Assembly: GCA_963804815.1 (NCBI GenBank)
Contig: CAWDRU010000001.1
Coordinates: 337,976 to 401,975, forward strand
From: Blastocatellia bacterium
GTDB taxonomy: Bacteria; Acidobacteriota; Blastocatellia; UBA7656
Length of the DNA: 64,000 nucleotides
Direction: 5' to 3'
Below the pieces are notes generated by a model. It did not search any database. It was not told the DNA's origin and saw nothing but the letters and a program-made list of their open reading frames with translations. The position numbers and the translations under genes are program-made. This document shows positions 37,692-48,887 of this stretch, in pieces (position 1 is the first letter of the stretch; each line of letters opens with the position of its first letter).

Positions 37692-40118
37692 ATGGAGACC
37701 CTGTTACAGGACCTGCGTTACGGCGTAAGAATGCTTACGCAGAAGCCCGGCTTCACTATTGTTGCTTTGATCGCGCTTGCTTTAGGCATCGGCGCGAATA
37801 CTGCCATCTTCAGCGTTGTGAATGCCGTCTTGCTGCGGTCTCTGCCTTACAACAACCCTGATCGACTGGTCGTTCCGGCAACGGTCAAGCCCGGAGAATA
37901 TGATCTCGGTGCCGTTTCATATGCCGATGTCGTTGACTGGGGAAAAGAGGATCAGGTCTTTGAGGCCGTCGCGGCGTTCCAGCAGCGGAGCGCAGATCTG
38001 ACAGGCAACGGCGACCCTGTGCGTGTTTCTGCCGCGCGCGTCTCGGAAGACTATTTTCGCGTTATGGGAGCAGACCCGCTTTTGGGCCGCACCTTCATAC
38101 CCGAAGAGCAACAACCCAACGGCCCGCCGGTAGTCGTCCTGAGCTATGGTCTATGGCAAAAGCGATTCGGCGGCGACCCGGGTGTGCTCGATCAATCAAT
38201 AATGATCAACGGGCGGTCGTCCACAGTCGTCGGCGTTATGCCAAAAGAATCACAGTGGCCGGAGACGGCAGAGATATGGATTCCGCTCGGCTTCGGAGCA
38301 ACACCGCCCGACTGGGCCATGCGCCGCGATAATCAGATATGGCGATCAGCCGCGCGGCTTAAACCCGGCGTAACAGTTGAGCAGGCTACGGCTGCAATTA
38401 AAATAAATGCAAGCCGCGTTGAACAGGAAAATCCCGCAACACGTGCGGGCATAACCGGCAGGGCCATTCCTCTGCACGAATACATAGTCGGGCCTGACCT
38501 TCGCCGCGCGCTTCTAATAATGATCGGGGCGGTCGGCTTCGTTCTGTTGATTGCCTGCGTAAACATAGCCAATCTTCTGCTTGCTCGCGCCGCGACTCGC
38601 GAACGGGAAATAGCGATCCGCACGGCGCTCGGCGCGGGCCGTATACGATTGATTCGCCAGTTGCTGACAGAGAGCGTTCTATTATCAATTACGGGCGGCG
38701 CGCTTGGGCTGCTGCTTGCGCTCTGGGGAATCGCTGTTTTGAAAAGCATGGCTTCTGACAGCATACCGCGCATGGCCGAAGCGGGCATCGACGGCGGCGT
38801 TCTCGCATTCGTAATTTCCATATCGCTTATCACATCTTTTGTATTCGGACTGCTGCCTGCCCTGCACGCTTCAAAACCCGATCTGACTCAATCGCTCAAA
38901 GAAGGCGGGCGCGGTTCTACGGGCGGCGCGCGCGGGCGACGAACACGCAATTTGCTCGTGGTGGCCGAAGTAGCCTTGTCGCTCATTCTGCTTGTAGGCG
39001 CGGGGCTGATGATTCGCAGCTTTTTCAGATTGCAGCAGATCGATCCGGGCTTCAACGTCGATAACCTGTTGACGCTCGATCTGGCTGCGCCAAGAAGCAG
39101 GTATCCGAAGACTGCCGACATCGCGACCTTCTACGAAAAGATCGTCGCCCGCATGCAAACGCTGCCCGGCATTCAATCAGCCGCCGCAAGCTCTGCTCTG
39201 CCTCTGGGCGGCGGCGGTTTTTATCTGGGCCGCTCGTTCCTCAACGAAGGAGCGGCCCCTCCGCCGGGCGGTGATGAATTCGACGGGCAATGGAATGTTG
39301 CCTCTCCGAATTATTTCGACACGCTCGGCATACGCTTTTTGAAAGGCCGCGACTTCACGGACCGCGACACGGAGGATTCGACTCCCGTCATCATCCTCAA
39401 CCAGACGATGGCCCGCGAGATGTTTGGAGACTCGGAGGCGATAGGCCATCGCATAAAGTCATGGCGTGACGAGGATGTGCTGCGCGAAGTCGTCGGCGTA
39501 GTCGAGGACGTGCGATATTTCGGGCGCGACGATAAGCTTCAATCAATAGCTTACGTGCCTCATCGTCAGGACAGTTATAGTTCCATGACGGTCACCATTC
39601 GCTCGTCGGGCGACCCTCAAAGCCTCACCGCAGCTATCCGCGAAGGGGTGGCTTCGATAGATAAAGATATCGCCGTCGCAAATATCCAGACCATGCAGCG
39701 CATACTGAATGATTCAGTCGCGGGGCGGCGATTGAACATGATGTTATTGACCGTCTTCGCCGCCGTTGCATTGATTCTGGCATCGGTCGGGATCTACGGC
39801 GTGCTCTCTTATTCCATCGCCCAGCGCACGCACGAAATCGGAGTCCGCATGGCGCTCGGAGCCAGAGCGACAGACGTGTTGAAGCTGGTCGTATGGGACG
39901 GATTGAAGCTTGTGCTGGTAGGCATAAGCCTGGGGCTTACAGGCGCGTTTCTGTTGACGGAGGTGATGAAGAGTCTGTTATTTGAAGTCTCTGCCACGGA
40001 CCCGCTCACCTTTGCAGTTATTCCTTTGATACTCACAGCCGTGGCGCTGCTGTCGAGCTATGTGCCCGCTCGCCGCGCGATGAAGGTAGACCCCATGATC
40101 GCGCTCAGATATGAATAG
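37692..40118 (+). CDS. ADOP permease, array copy 5
   Basis: Same signatures; start moved to METLLQD after GGAGG. Confidence 0.95.
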   Translation: METLLQDLRYGVRMLTQKPGFTIVALIALALGIGANTAIFSVVNAVLLRSLPYNNPDRLVVPATVKPGEYDLGAVSYADVVDWGKEDQVFEAVAAFQQRSADLTGNGDPVRVSAARVSEDYFRVMGADPLLGRTFIPEEQQPNGPPVVVLSYGLWQKRFGGDPGVLDQSIMINGRSSTVVGVMPKESQWPETAEIWIPLGFGATPPDWAMRRDNQIWRSAARLKPGVTVEQATAAIKINASRVEQENPATRAGITGRAIPLHEYIVGPDLRRALLIMIGAVGFVLLIACVNIANLLLARAATREREIAIRTALGAGRIRLIRQLLTESVLLSITGGALGLLLALWGIAVLKSMASDSIPRMAEAGIDGGVLAFVISISLITSFVFGLLPALHASKPDLTQSLKEGGRGSTGGARGRRTRNLLVVAEVALSLILLVGAGLMIRSFFRLQQIDPGFNVDNLLTLDLAAPRSRYPKTADIATFYEKIVARMQTLPGIQSAAASSALPLGGGGFYLGRSFLNEGAAPPPGGDEFDGQWNVASPNYFDTLGIRFLKGRDFTDRDTEDSTPVIILNQTMAREMFGDSEAIGHRIKSWRDEDVLREVVGVVEDVRYFGRDDKLQSIAYVPHRQDSYSSMTVTIRSSGDPQSLTAAIREGVASIDKDIAVANIQTMQRILNDSVAGRRLNMMLLTVFAAVALILASVGIYGVLSYSIAQRTHEIGVRMALGARATDVLKLVVWDGLKLVLVGISLGLTGAFLLTEVMKSLLFEVSATDPLTFAVIPLILTAVALLSSYVPARRAMKVDPMIALRYE

Positions 40119-40150
40119 TCAATTAATTCCTAATTGACGCCGGAGGACTT

Positions 40151-42580
40151 ATGGAAAATCTGTTGAAAGATGTCCGTTACGGGATTCGTGTGCTTTTGAA
40201 AAGCCCCGGATTCACAGCTGTTGCCCTGCTCGCGCTGACCTTAGGCATCGGCGCGAACACGGCCATCTTCAGCGTGGTCAATACTGTGCTGCTTCGCCCG
40301 CTCGCTTATAAAGACGCTGACCGGCTCATGACGGTTTGGGAGACGCAACAGAGCGTGGACAAAGAATCGGCCTCGATTCCAAATTTCAATGACTGGCGCG
40401 CACAAAACCAGAGCTTCGATGATATGGCCGCAGCCTGGCGAAACAATCTGAACATCACAGGTTCGGGCGAGCCTGAGCGATTGCTGGGAAGGATGGTTAC
40501 TTCAAATTTCCTGTCGGTTCTCGGCGTGCAGCCGCAGCTGGGGCGCGACTTCTCGTCGGAAGACGAACGCGCTGGCAGCGCTCCCACAGTCATTATCAGC
40601 AACGGATTGTGGCAGCGGCGATTTGGCAGCAACCCGGATATTATTGACAGTCAGATTACGCTCAACGATACCAGCTTCACAGTCATCGGGGTCCTCTCTC
40701 CGGCTTTTCATTTTTACACTCCCGCAGATGTTTTCGCCCCGATCTCTTTTATGCCCGAAAGGCTCAGACAGGCGCGCGAAGAGCACGGCGGCGTGATCAC
40801 TGTTGCGCGCCTTAAATCGAACGTGACGCCCGAACAGGCTCTGGCTGATCTGAATAATATCGCCGCCAGCCTCGAAATTCAGTATCCGAAAACCAATTCC
40901 ACGAACCGTGTGCTCATCACTCCGATTTATGAAGACATGGTAGGCGACATAAAACCATCTCTCTTCATACTGCTTGGCGCGGTCGCCTTTGTGTTACTGA
41001 TCGCGTGCGCAAACGTCGCAAACCTTTTGCTTGCTCGCGCCGCCGCGCGACAAAAAGAGATCGCCATTCGTACAGCGCTCGGCGCAACTCGCGCGCGCGT
41101 AGTGCGACAACTGCTGACGGAAAGCATCGTGCTTTCACTGCTTGGCGGCGCTCTTGGACTGCTTGTGGCTTTGTGGGGAGCAGACCTGTTGTATTCGGCG
41201 ATGCCAAACAACGTCCCATGGATAAAAGATATTGGTCTGGACAAAACGGTGCTCGTATTCACGCTCACTGTTTCCATGTTCACAGGGATTATTTTCGGGC
41301 TAGTGCCCGCGCTCGGAGCATCAAATCCCGATCTGAACGAAACGCTCAAAGAGGGTGGTCGCGGCTCGACCGCCGCGCGCAGCCGCGCACGCTCTGCGCT
41401 GGTCGTCGCGGAAGTCGCGCTTGCGCTCATTCTGCTGATCGGCGCGGGTCTGATGCTTCGCAGTTTTGCGCGTGTCAACAAGCTCGATCCGGGTTTTGAC
41501 GCTCAAAACCTGCTGACGATGCAGGTTTTGCTTTCGCCCACGAGGTACAGTGAAGACAGTAAGGCTCGCGCTTACTACGATCAGATCATCGAGCGCGTCG
41601 GCAGCTTGCCGGGCGTTGAATCGGCGGCGCTTTCGACAAGCGTTCCGCTAAACGGAGCCACCGTCACAGGGTTTTCCATCGAAGGCCCGGCGCAGGGTAG
41701 TATCAGCGACCTGCCCTTGACCGTGCAGTCTGCGACGAGCGCGAAATACCTTGCGACTATGGGAATTCCGCTGCTCAAAGGTCGCTACTTCGACGAGCAG
41801 GACACTGTAAAGACGCCGCTCGTCGCAATCATTGACGAGAGCTTCGCCAGAGATTTCTTTCCCGACTCAGACCCGCTGGGCAGGCTCATCTTTCTCGATC
41901 AGACAATAAAGCTTCGCATCGTCGGCGTGGTCGGCCACGTTCGACATCTCGGTTTTGAAACCGACGAGCAGTCAAAGATCAGGTACCAGATGTACACGGC
42001 GTTCGCTCAGATCCCTGAACCGTGGTACGCGAGGGTCGGGCAGAATATGCAGCTTGCGGTTCGCACTCGTACCGACGCCAAATCTCTGATCGCAGCCGTG
42101 CGAGGCCAGGTGCTCGAAGTTGATCACGACCAGCCCGTTTACAACATCAAGACCATGCAGCAGTTGATCGCCGATACGATTTCAGAGAAGCGATTCGCCA
42201 TGCTGATGCTTGGCATATTCGCCACTGTCGCGGTGATTTTAGCGGCGGTCGGTATTTACGGCGTAATGAGTTACGCGGTCACGCAGCGCAGGCGCGAGAT
42301 AGGCATCCGCATGGCTCTGGGCGCACAAAGCTCGGATGTGCTCAGGCTGGTCGTAAGCCACGGGTTCAAACTGGCCCTGACAGGCGTGGGGCTTGGGCTG
42401 ACAGGAGCGTTTCTATTGACACGGCTGATGTCGAGCCTGCTTTACGGCGTCTCTGCCACTGATCCCGCGACGTTCGCCGTAACGTCCGTTATTTTGACAG
42501 GAGTGGCTCTGGGAGCCTGTTTCATCCCTGCGCGTCGCGCCACGAAAGTCGATCCGATGGTTGCGCTTCGTTACGAATGA
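40151..42580 (+). CDS. ADOP permease, array copy 6
   Basis: Same signatures; 809 aa. Confidence 0.95.
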   Translation: MENLLKDVRYGIRVLLKSPGFTAVALLALTLGIGANTAIFSVVNTVLLRPLAYKDADRLMTVWETQQSVDKESASIPNFNDWRAQNQSFDDMAAAWRNNLNITGSGEPERLLGRMVTSNFLSVLGVQPQLGRDFSSEDERAGSAPTVIISNGLWQRRFGSNPDIIDSQITLNDTSFTVIGVLSPAFHFYTPADVFAPISFMPERLRQAREEHGGVITVARLKSNVTPEQALADLNNIAASLEIQYPKTNSTNRVLITPIYEDMVGDIKPSLFILLGAVAFVLLIACANVANLLLARAAARQKEIAIRTALGATRARVVRQLLTESIVLSLLGGALGLLVALWGADLLYSAMPNNVPWIKDIGLDKTVLVFTLTVSMFTGIIFGLVPALGASNPDLNETLKEGGRGSTAARSRARSALVVAEVALALILLIGAGLMLRSFARVNKLDPGFDAQNLLTMQVLLSPTRYSEDSKARAYYDQIIERVGSLPGVESAALSTSVPLNGATVTGFSIEGPAQGSISDLPLTVQSATSAKYLATMGIPLLKGRYFDEQDTVKTPLVAIIDESFARDFFPDSDPLGRLIFLDQTIKLRIVGVVGHVRHLGFETDEQSKIRYQMYTAFAQIPEPWYARVGQNMQLAVRTRTDAKSLIAAVRGQVLEVDHDQPVYNIKTMQQLIADTISEKRFAMLMLGIFATVAVILAAVGIYGVMSYAVTQRRREIGIRMALGAQSSDVLRLVVSHGFKLALTGVGLGLTGAFLLTRLMSSLLYGVSATDPATFAVTSVILTGVALGACFIPARRATKVDPMVALRYE

Positions 42581-42613
42581 AATGAAATTTGTTTACAAAA
42601 ATGGAGGTTCGCT

Positions 42614-43771
42614 ATGTTGATTAAATTGGGCAAAGCTCTCTCTCTTCTCTTCGTCGTCGCGCTCATCTGCTGGGCGGGGCGCGTTTCGTCATCCGCGTCG
42701 CAATCAACCGCAACAACGCAGCGCACGACGACCAGAGAGAATAACACGTGGAAATGGAATCATTCAGAAGACGGTATAAAACTTGAAGTCGCTATACACG
42801 GCGAAGTCGAATTCGAGGACGATTACAGCGATGTCAGAGGGATAAAAACGGACGACGGCTCGATTCGCATAATGGACGAGCGCGGCGGCGTGACTCGCAG
42901 GTTTGAAGCCAAAGTAACTTCCGACGGCATAAAACGATCTTATTCGGTCAACGGTCAGGCAACGCCGATCTCTGATGAATCGCGCGCGTGGCTCAAAAAA
43001 GTATTGATGGATACGGTCAGGCAGGGCGGCTATGACGCAAAACCGCGAGTCAGAAAGATACTGGCACAGAGCGGGCCGAACGGCGTGCTGACGGAGATTT
43101 CCACGATAAAGAGCGATTACGTCAAGCGCATATATTTTGACGAGTTGCTGGCTCAGGGCAATCTCGACGCGGAACAATCGCGGCAGGCGCTCAGACAGGC
43201 TTCGCGCGAAATCCGGTCCGATTACGAAAAAGCGCAGCTCCTGATAAAGATGTCCGCAAGCTATGTTCGCGACGATCAATCGCGCGAGATTTATATCGAG
43301 GGAGTGAACTCGATTAGCTCGGATTACGAAAAGGGCCGCGCGCTTTCGGCGCTTCTGAAGCAGGGCAATCTGAGCCACGAGAACCTGCTGTTCGCGATAA
43401 AATCGGCTCATAGCCTCACTTCCAATTATGAAAAATCGCAACTGCTGATCAAGATTGCCAGCGCCTTCCCGTTTGATGAAAGCGCGCGCGTGGCTTATAT
43501 CGAAGGCGTTTCGTCCATGACTTCGGACTACGAAAAAGGGCGCGTGCTTTCGGCGCTGTTGAAGAAGGATGATCTTCGCAAAGAGAACCTGCTGTTTGCA
43601 GTCAAATCCGCGTCAACCATCTCTTCGGATTACGAGAAAGCGCAACTGCTGATAAAGATTGCCGCCGCAAGCTCAGCCGATGAATCAGTCCGTAACGCGC
43701 TGGTAGATTCTGCGCGCTCGATAAAGTCTGAATACGAGCGCGGGCGCGTGCTGTCTGCCGTGTTCAAATAA
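42614..43771 (+). CDS. Secreted protein with seven roughly 35-aa helical S[DNE]Y[EV][KR] repeats
   Basis: Signal peptide and beta-rich N-domain; repeats SDYVK, SDYEK, SDYEK, SNYEK, SDYEK, SDYEK, SEYER. Confidence 0.8.
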   Translation: MLIKLGKALSLLFVVALICWAGRVSSSASQSTATTQRTTTRENNTWKWNHSEDGIKLEVAIHGEVEFEDDYSDVRGIKTDDGSIRIMDERGGVTRRFEAKVTSDGIKRSYSVNGQATPISDESRAWLKKVLMDTVRQGGYDAKPRVRKILAQSGPNGVLTEISTIKSDYVKRIYFDELLAQGNLDAEQSRQALRQASREIRSDYEKAQLLIKMSASYVRDDQSREIYIEGVNSISSDYEKGRALSALLKQGNLSHENLLFAIKSAHSLTSNYEKSQLLIKIASAFPFDESARVAYIEGVSSMTSDYEKGRVLSALLKKDDLRKENLLFAVKSASTISSDYEKAQLLIKIAAASSADESVRNALVDSARSIKSEYERGRVLSAVFK

Positions 43772-43897
43772 ACTTCAGGCACGGGGAATGGGGCTACAGA
43801 TGAAGCAACTGGTGTCGAGTTCGGTTTCAAAACCTCGTTTTACCATGCTGATGCCTGCGATCATCTTTCATCATTCCGCATTTCTTCCGGAGGGATA

Positions 43898-46345
43898 ATG
43901 GAGACTCTGTTTCAAGACCTGCGCTACGGCGTAAGAATGCTGTTTAACAAACCCGGCTTCGCAGCCGTTGCCGTCATCACGCTCGCTTTAGGCATCGGCG
44001 CGAACACCGCCATCTTCAGCGTAGTCAACGCCGTGCTGCTTCGCCCGCTGCCTTTCCGCGAGCCGGGAAAACTGGTGCGCATATACACGGAATTTCCGTC
44101 GATGGATCTGAGAAAGTTCTGGATGTCTGCGCCTGAATTCATCGATATCAGCAACGAAGCGAAATCATGGGAAAACGTAGGCGCGTGGGCAACGGGCGGG
44201 GTGAATGTCGCGACTAAAAACGAGCCGATCCGTGTAACGTCGGCAAGAATTACGCGCGGCCTGATCGAAGTTCTGGGCGTGCAGCCCGCGATGGGGCGCA
44301 ACTTCACTCCCGAAGAAGATCGCAGGGGCGGCCCGCTTACGGCCATCATCTCTGACGGTTTGTGGCGGCGCGCATTCGGAGCCGAAAGCGATATAATCGG
44401 CAAAGAGATTCAGATCAACTCGCGGCCCTTCACAGTGATTGGCGTTATGCCTCGCGGATTCGACTTTCCTGCCGGAAGCAATGATCCCGCGCAGGTCTGG
44501 GTTTCATTCCAGTTCGACCCCGCAAATCCCGGCAATCGCGGGGGACATTTCCTGAACGTCGTAGGCCGCCTGACTCCTGATGCGACCATAGAACAGGCGC
44601 GCGCAGAGATGGAATCGCTCATAGCCGGTTGGACGAGCGAGAACCGCGCGCAACATCTTTTAGCTCCCGACAGGCACCCCATACTGATGATGTCGCTTCA
44701 CGAAGATGTTGTCGCAGCGGCGCGCCCTGCCGTGCTGATGCTGCTGGGCGCGGTCGCCTTTGTGTTGCTGATAGCCTGCGTAAACGTCGCAAACCTTTTG
44801 CTTGCGCGGGCCGAAGCCCGGCGACGCGAATTTGCCGTCAGGCTGGCTTTAGGCGCTGGACGCGCAAGATTGCTCAGGCAGTTTCTCGCCGAAGGATTGA
44901 TACTCGTTTTGCTGGGCGCGGGTTCGGGAATATTGCTGGCTAAAGTCGGATTGGCTCTGGTCATAGCCGCCGCGCCCGACAGCATTCCGCGCACGAGCGA
45001 TGTTGGAATAGATTTGCCGGTTCTGGCTTTTACGCTTGGGCTTTCGATCTTTTCGGTGATCATCTTTGCGATGGCACCACTGCTGCAAATGCGCCATCGC
45101 GACCTCGCGACATGGCTGCGCAGTTCCGGCCAGCGAACGCTCGGCGGCGGCGGCCACAAGCTGAGAAAGGCTCTGGTGATTGCAGAGATCGCGCTTGCGG
45201 TTGTGCCCGTGATCGGGTCGGGGTTGATGATTCGCGCGTTCTGGAAGCTCCAGCAGGTCGATCTCGGTTTCAATCCGAATGGAGTAATGTCGTTCAGCCT
45301 CGCGCTTCCCGCATCGCGATATAAAGACCCGGAACGTCTGGCTTTTGCAAATAATCTGCAAAGCAAGCTCGCGGTCCTGCCCGGAGTGAAGTCGGCTGCC
45401 TTTGCAAGCGACCTGCCGCCCGCCCGTCCTATTAATGCCAACGACACAGACATCGAAGACTATCAGGGAACGCCCGAAGGCCCTGCCGAAAACGTAGATT
45501 TCTGGAACACAGTCGGACAGGATTATTTTCACGTCATGGGCATTAGACCGACCGAGGGCCGCCTCTTTGAACCCGTAGACAGCGCGGACAGCGCGCAGAG
45601 GGTCGTCGTTATCAATCAGGCAATGGCGCAGCGGTTCTGGGAGGGAAGCCCTATCGGGCGTCGTCTGGACCCCGGCGTCGCTGATAAGCCTGTATGGTTT
45701 ACGGTGGTCGGCGTCGTCGAAAACACAAAGAATCTCGGAACAGACAAGCCCGCCGGAACCGAACTCTATTTCCTTCAGCCTCAAACGCTCGCCTTTGGAA
45801 TTGACAGCACTATGAATTTCGTTGTGCGGACGGATGGGAATCCTACGGCACTGGCATCGAGCATAAGATCAACGGTTTCCGAAATGGACCCAAGCCTTCC
45901 GATCTACTCTTTGCAAACGATGGGCGATCTGGTAGCCGCTTCGCTGGTCAGGCCGCGACTGCTTTCACTTTTGCTGGGAACGTTCTCGGTAATAGCGATG
46001 TCGCTTGCCGCAATCGGCATCTATGGCGTTATGGCCTACACGGTTGCGCAGCGGACGCAGGAGATCGGCGTGCGGGTCGCGCTTGGCGCGACTACGCGAA
46101 ACGTGCTGACGATGATCTTAGCTCAAGGGCTGAAGATCACAGTCGTCGGGCTGGGGGTTGGGCTGACCGGCGCATTCTTTTTGACGCGCCTGATGGCGAG
46201 CCTCTTATTCGAGGTGAGCGCAACCGACCCCGCGACATTTGCGCTTGTCGGAATCGGATTAACGGCTGTCGGATTGCTGGCCTGCGCCGTGCCTGCGCGA
46301 CGAGCGGCGAAAGTAGACCCGATGGTCGCGCTGCGTTACGAATGA
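43898..46345 (+). CDS. ADOP permease, array copy 7
   Basis: Same signatures with a divergent interior ([12 protein letters not shown]). Confidence 0.95.
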   Translation: METLFQDLRYGVRMLFNKPGFAAVAVITLALGIGANTAIFSVVNAVLLRPLPFREPGKLVRIYTEFPSMDLRKFWMSAPEFIDISNEAKSWENVGAWATGGVNVATKNEPIRVTSARITRGLIEVLGVQPAMGRNFTPEEDRRGGPLTAIISDGLWRRAFGAESDIIGKEIQINSRPFTVIGVMPRGFDFPAGSNDPAQVWVSFQFDPANPGNRGGHFLNVVGRLTPDATIEQARAEMESLIAGWTSENRAQHLLAPDRHPILMMSLHEDVVAAARPAVLMLLGAVAFVLLIACVNVANLLLARAEARRREFAVRLALGAGRARLLRQFLAEGLILVLLGAGSGILLAKVGLALVIAAAPDSIPRTSDVGIDLPVLAFTLGLSIFSVIIFAMAPLLQMRHRDLATWLRSSGQRTLGGGGHKLRKALVIAEIALAVVPVIGSGLMIRAFWKLQQVDLGFNPNGVMSFSLALPASRYKDPERLAFANNLQSKLAVLPGVKSAAFASDLPPARPINANDTDIEDYQGTPEGPAENVDFWNTVGQDYFHVMGIRPTEGRLFEPVDSADSAQRVVVINQAMAQRFWEGSPIGRRLDPGVADKPVWFTVVGVVENTKNLGTDKPAGTELYFLQPQTLAFGIDSTMNFVVRTDGNPTALASSIRSTVSEMDPSLPIYSLQTMGDLVAASLVRPRLLSLLLGTFSVIAMSLAAIGIYGVMAYTVAQRTQEIGVRVALGATTRNVLTMILAQGLKITVVGLGVGLTGAFFLTRLMASLLFEVSATDPATFALVGIGLTAVGLLACAVPARRAAKVDPMVALRYE

Positions 46346-46425
46346 TGAAGGATGAACGCGCAATGATGAACCGAAGAAATCATCTTTATTCATCATTCAT
46401 TATTCCGCGTTCATCGTTTCTTCCG
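46346..46425. repeat. Intergenic heptamer-repeat hairpin, copy A
   Basis: gatgaacgcg-caatgatgaa...ttcattatt-ccgcgttcatc; homologous to 51297-51376. Confidence 0.7.
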
Positions 46426-46433
46426 GAGGGATA

Positions 46434-48869
46434 ATGGAGACTCTATTTCAGGACCTGCGCTATGGCGTACGAATGCTGGCAAAGAATCCGGGCGTAACCA
46501 TCGTTGCGGTAATCGCGCTCGCTTTAGGCATCGGCGCAAACACCGCAATCTTCAGCGTTGTTAATGCTGTGATGCTCAAACCGCTGCCTTATAAAAATGC
46601 AGACGGGCTGGTGATGGTATGGGAGCACAACAGGACGAGAGACCGCCGTCAAAACGTCGTATCGCCCGCCAACTTTCTGGACTGGAAAGAGCAGAACAAC
46701 GTCTTTGAAGACATGGCAGGGTTTTACGATACGCGAGTCAACCTGACGGAAATGGACGACCCGGAAGAGATTCCCGGCCAGCGCGTGACATCAAATATGT
46801 TCTCTCTGCTCGGCACGTACCCGATGCTCGGTCGCGCCTTTGAAGGCGAAGACGGGCAGGAGGGGCATGCGGATCTTGCCATACTCAGTCATGGTTTATG
46901 GCAGCGCAGATTCGGCGGCAATCCGGGCGTGATAAACCAAACGATCAAGCTCAACGGCAGGCCGTTTACGATCATCGGCGTCATGCCGCCCGATTTTCAA
47001 CTCTTCATCAAGAGCGGCTCGATGACGGGCAAGCAGGCTGAAATCTGGGCTCCCTTCAGCCTTGGCGCAGATTTCCGCGTTCGCAGAGGAAGATTTATGA
47101 GCGCCGTCGCGCGGCTCAAAGCGGGCGTAACAGTTGAACAGGCGCAGGCCGAGATGACTTCAATCGCGGGCGCGCTCGAACAGCAATACCCGGAATTCGA
47201 CAAGAACTGGGGCGTGAACCTCGTTCCCCTGCGCCAGCAGTTCACGGGCGAGATCAGCACGCCGCTGTTCGTGCTGTTCGGCGCGGTCGTCTTCGTGTTG
47301 CTGATCGCGTGCGCAAACGTCGCAAACCTCCTGCTTGCCCGCGCGGCGGCGAGACAAAAAGACATGGCCATTCGCGCGGCGCTCGGCGCAAGCCGCACAC
47401 GCCTCGTCCGGCAGTTGCTGACTGAAAGCGTGTTGCTTGCAGGCATGGGCGGCGCGCTCGGATTGCTGGTGGCTGTATGGGGCGTCGATCTGCTGCTGGC
47501 GCTCGCGCCAAAGGATTTGCCGCCGATGGCCGGAGTCGGAATAAATTATCTGGTGCTCGGTTTCACCTTGCTGATCTCCCTGCTTACGGGGTTGATATTT
47601 GGCCTTGTGCCTGCGATTGAAGCTTCGCGGCCCGATCTCAACGAAACGCTGAAAGAGGGCGGCAGGTCTGCTGCCGCAGGCGCGCGAAGTCACCGAGTGC
47701 GCAACTTCTTTGTGGTTGCCGAAATCGCGATGGCGCTCGTCCTGTTGATCGGGTCGGGGCTGATGATTCGCAGCTTCGCGAGACTGCAATCGGTCAATCC
47801 CGGTTTCAATCCCGAAAACGTGCTGACGGTCAGGCTGCTTCTGCCTGCCTCGAAATACCCCGAAGGCCCGCAGATCATCTCGTTCTTTCGCCAGACGCTC
47901 GCGCGCATTGAAGCGATGCCGGGCGTGCGCTCGGCAGGCGCTATAAGCTTTCTGCCCTTCACAACGCTTGGGGCCGCCACCGGTTTCACAATCGAAGGCC
48001 AACCGGCTCCGGCTGCCGGACAGAAGCCCACGCTTGATGTTCGCGTATGCGATCCGAATTATTTTCAAACGATGGGGATTCCTTTAATCAAAGGGCGAAC
48101 CTTCACTGAAAAAGAGGCGACCGAACTCTCGCACGTCGTCATAATCAGCGAAGCGATGGCTCGCGATTACTTTCCGAATGAAGACCCGATTGGCAAGCGC
48201 GTGAGAATAGATATGATGGAAAACCCTGCCCCGTGCGAGATCATCGGGGTCGTGGGAGATTCAAAGCATCAGGGGCTGGACATAGAACCCCGTGCGATGT
48301 CTTACTGGCCGCACTCTGAACTCGCTTATTCGGCAATGACGATAGTCGCGCGCACGGAAGGCGACCCGCTCAGCTACCGCTCGGCGGTGCAAACGGCAGT
48401 GCAGGGGCTGGACAAAGATCAGCCCATCGCCGACGTTCGCACGATGGAGCAATGGCTTTCAGATTCGGTTTCGCGGGCGCGATTCTCCATGTTGCTATTG
48501 AGCATATTCGCGGCAGTGGCGCTGTTGCTTGCGATGGTCGGAATTTATGGCGTGATGAGTTACACGGTCACACAGCGCACGCACGAGATCGGCATAAGAA
48601 TGGCTCTGGGAGCCAGTTCCACGGATGTAATGCGAATGGTGGTGAGGCAGGGAATGATTCTTGCCCTGATAGGCGTAGGCTGCGGGCTGGCTGCAAGCCT
48701 GGCGCTGACGCGCGTGATGGCCGGTCTGCTTTTCGGGGTTTCTGCTACTGATCCGGCGACGTTCGGTTTAATCGCCGCGTTGCTTGCAGCAGTGGCTCTT
48801 CTGGCCTGCGCCGTGCCAGCGCGTCGCGCCACTAAAGTCGATCCGATGATCGCGCTCAGATATGAGTGA
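46434..48869 (+). CDS. ADOP permease, array copy 8
   Basis: Same signatures; 811 aa. Confidence 0.95.
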   Translation: METLFQDLRYGVRMLAKNPGVTIVAVIALALGIGANTAIFSVVNAVMLKPLPYKNADGLVMVWEHNRTRDRRQNVVSPANFLDWKEQNNVFEDMAGFYDTRVNLTEMDDPEEIPGQRVTSNMFSLLGTYPMLGRAFEGEDGQEGHADLAILSHGLWQRRFGGNPGVINQTIKLNGRPFTIIGVMPPDFQLFIKSGSMTGKQAEIWAPFSLGADFRVRRGRFMSAVARLKAGVTVEQAQAEMTSIAGALEQQYPEFDKNWGVNLVPLRQQFTGEISTPLFVLFGAVVFVLLIACANVANLLLARAAARQKDMAIRAALGASRTRLVRQLLTESVLLAGMGGALGLLVAVWGVDLLLALAPKDLPPMAGVGINYLVLGFTLLISLLTGLIFGLVPAIEASRPDLNETLKEGGRSAAAGARSHRVRNFFVVAEIAMALVLLIGSGLMIRSFARLQSVNPGFNPENVLTVRLLLPASKYPEGPQIISFFRQTLARIEAMPGVRSAGAISFLPFTTLGAATGFTIEGQPAPAAGQKPTLDVRVCDPNYFQTMGIPLIKGRTFTEKEATELSHVVIISEAMARDYFPNEDPIGKRVRIDMMENPAPCEIIGVVGDSKHQGLDIEPRAMSYWPHSELAYSAMTIVARTEGDPLSYRSAVQTAVQGLDKDQPIADVRTMEQWLSDSVSRARFSMLLLSIFAAVALLLAMVGIYGVMSYTVTQRTHEIGIRMALGASSTDVMRMVVRQGMILALIGVGCGLAASLALTRVMAGLLFGVSATDPATFGLIAALLAAVALLACAVPARRATKVDPMIALRYE

Positions 48870-48887
48870 TGAGAAGAGAGAGGACTT

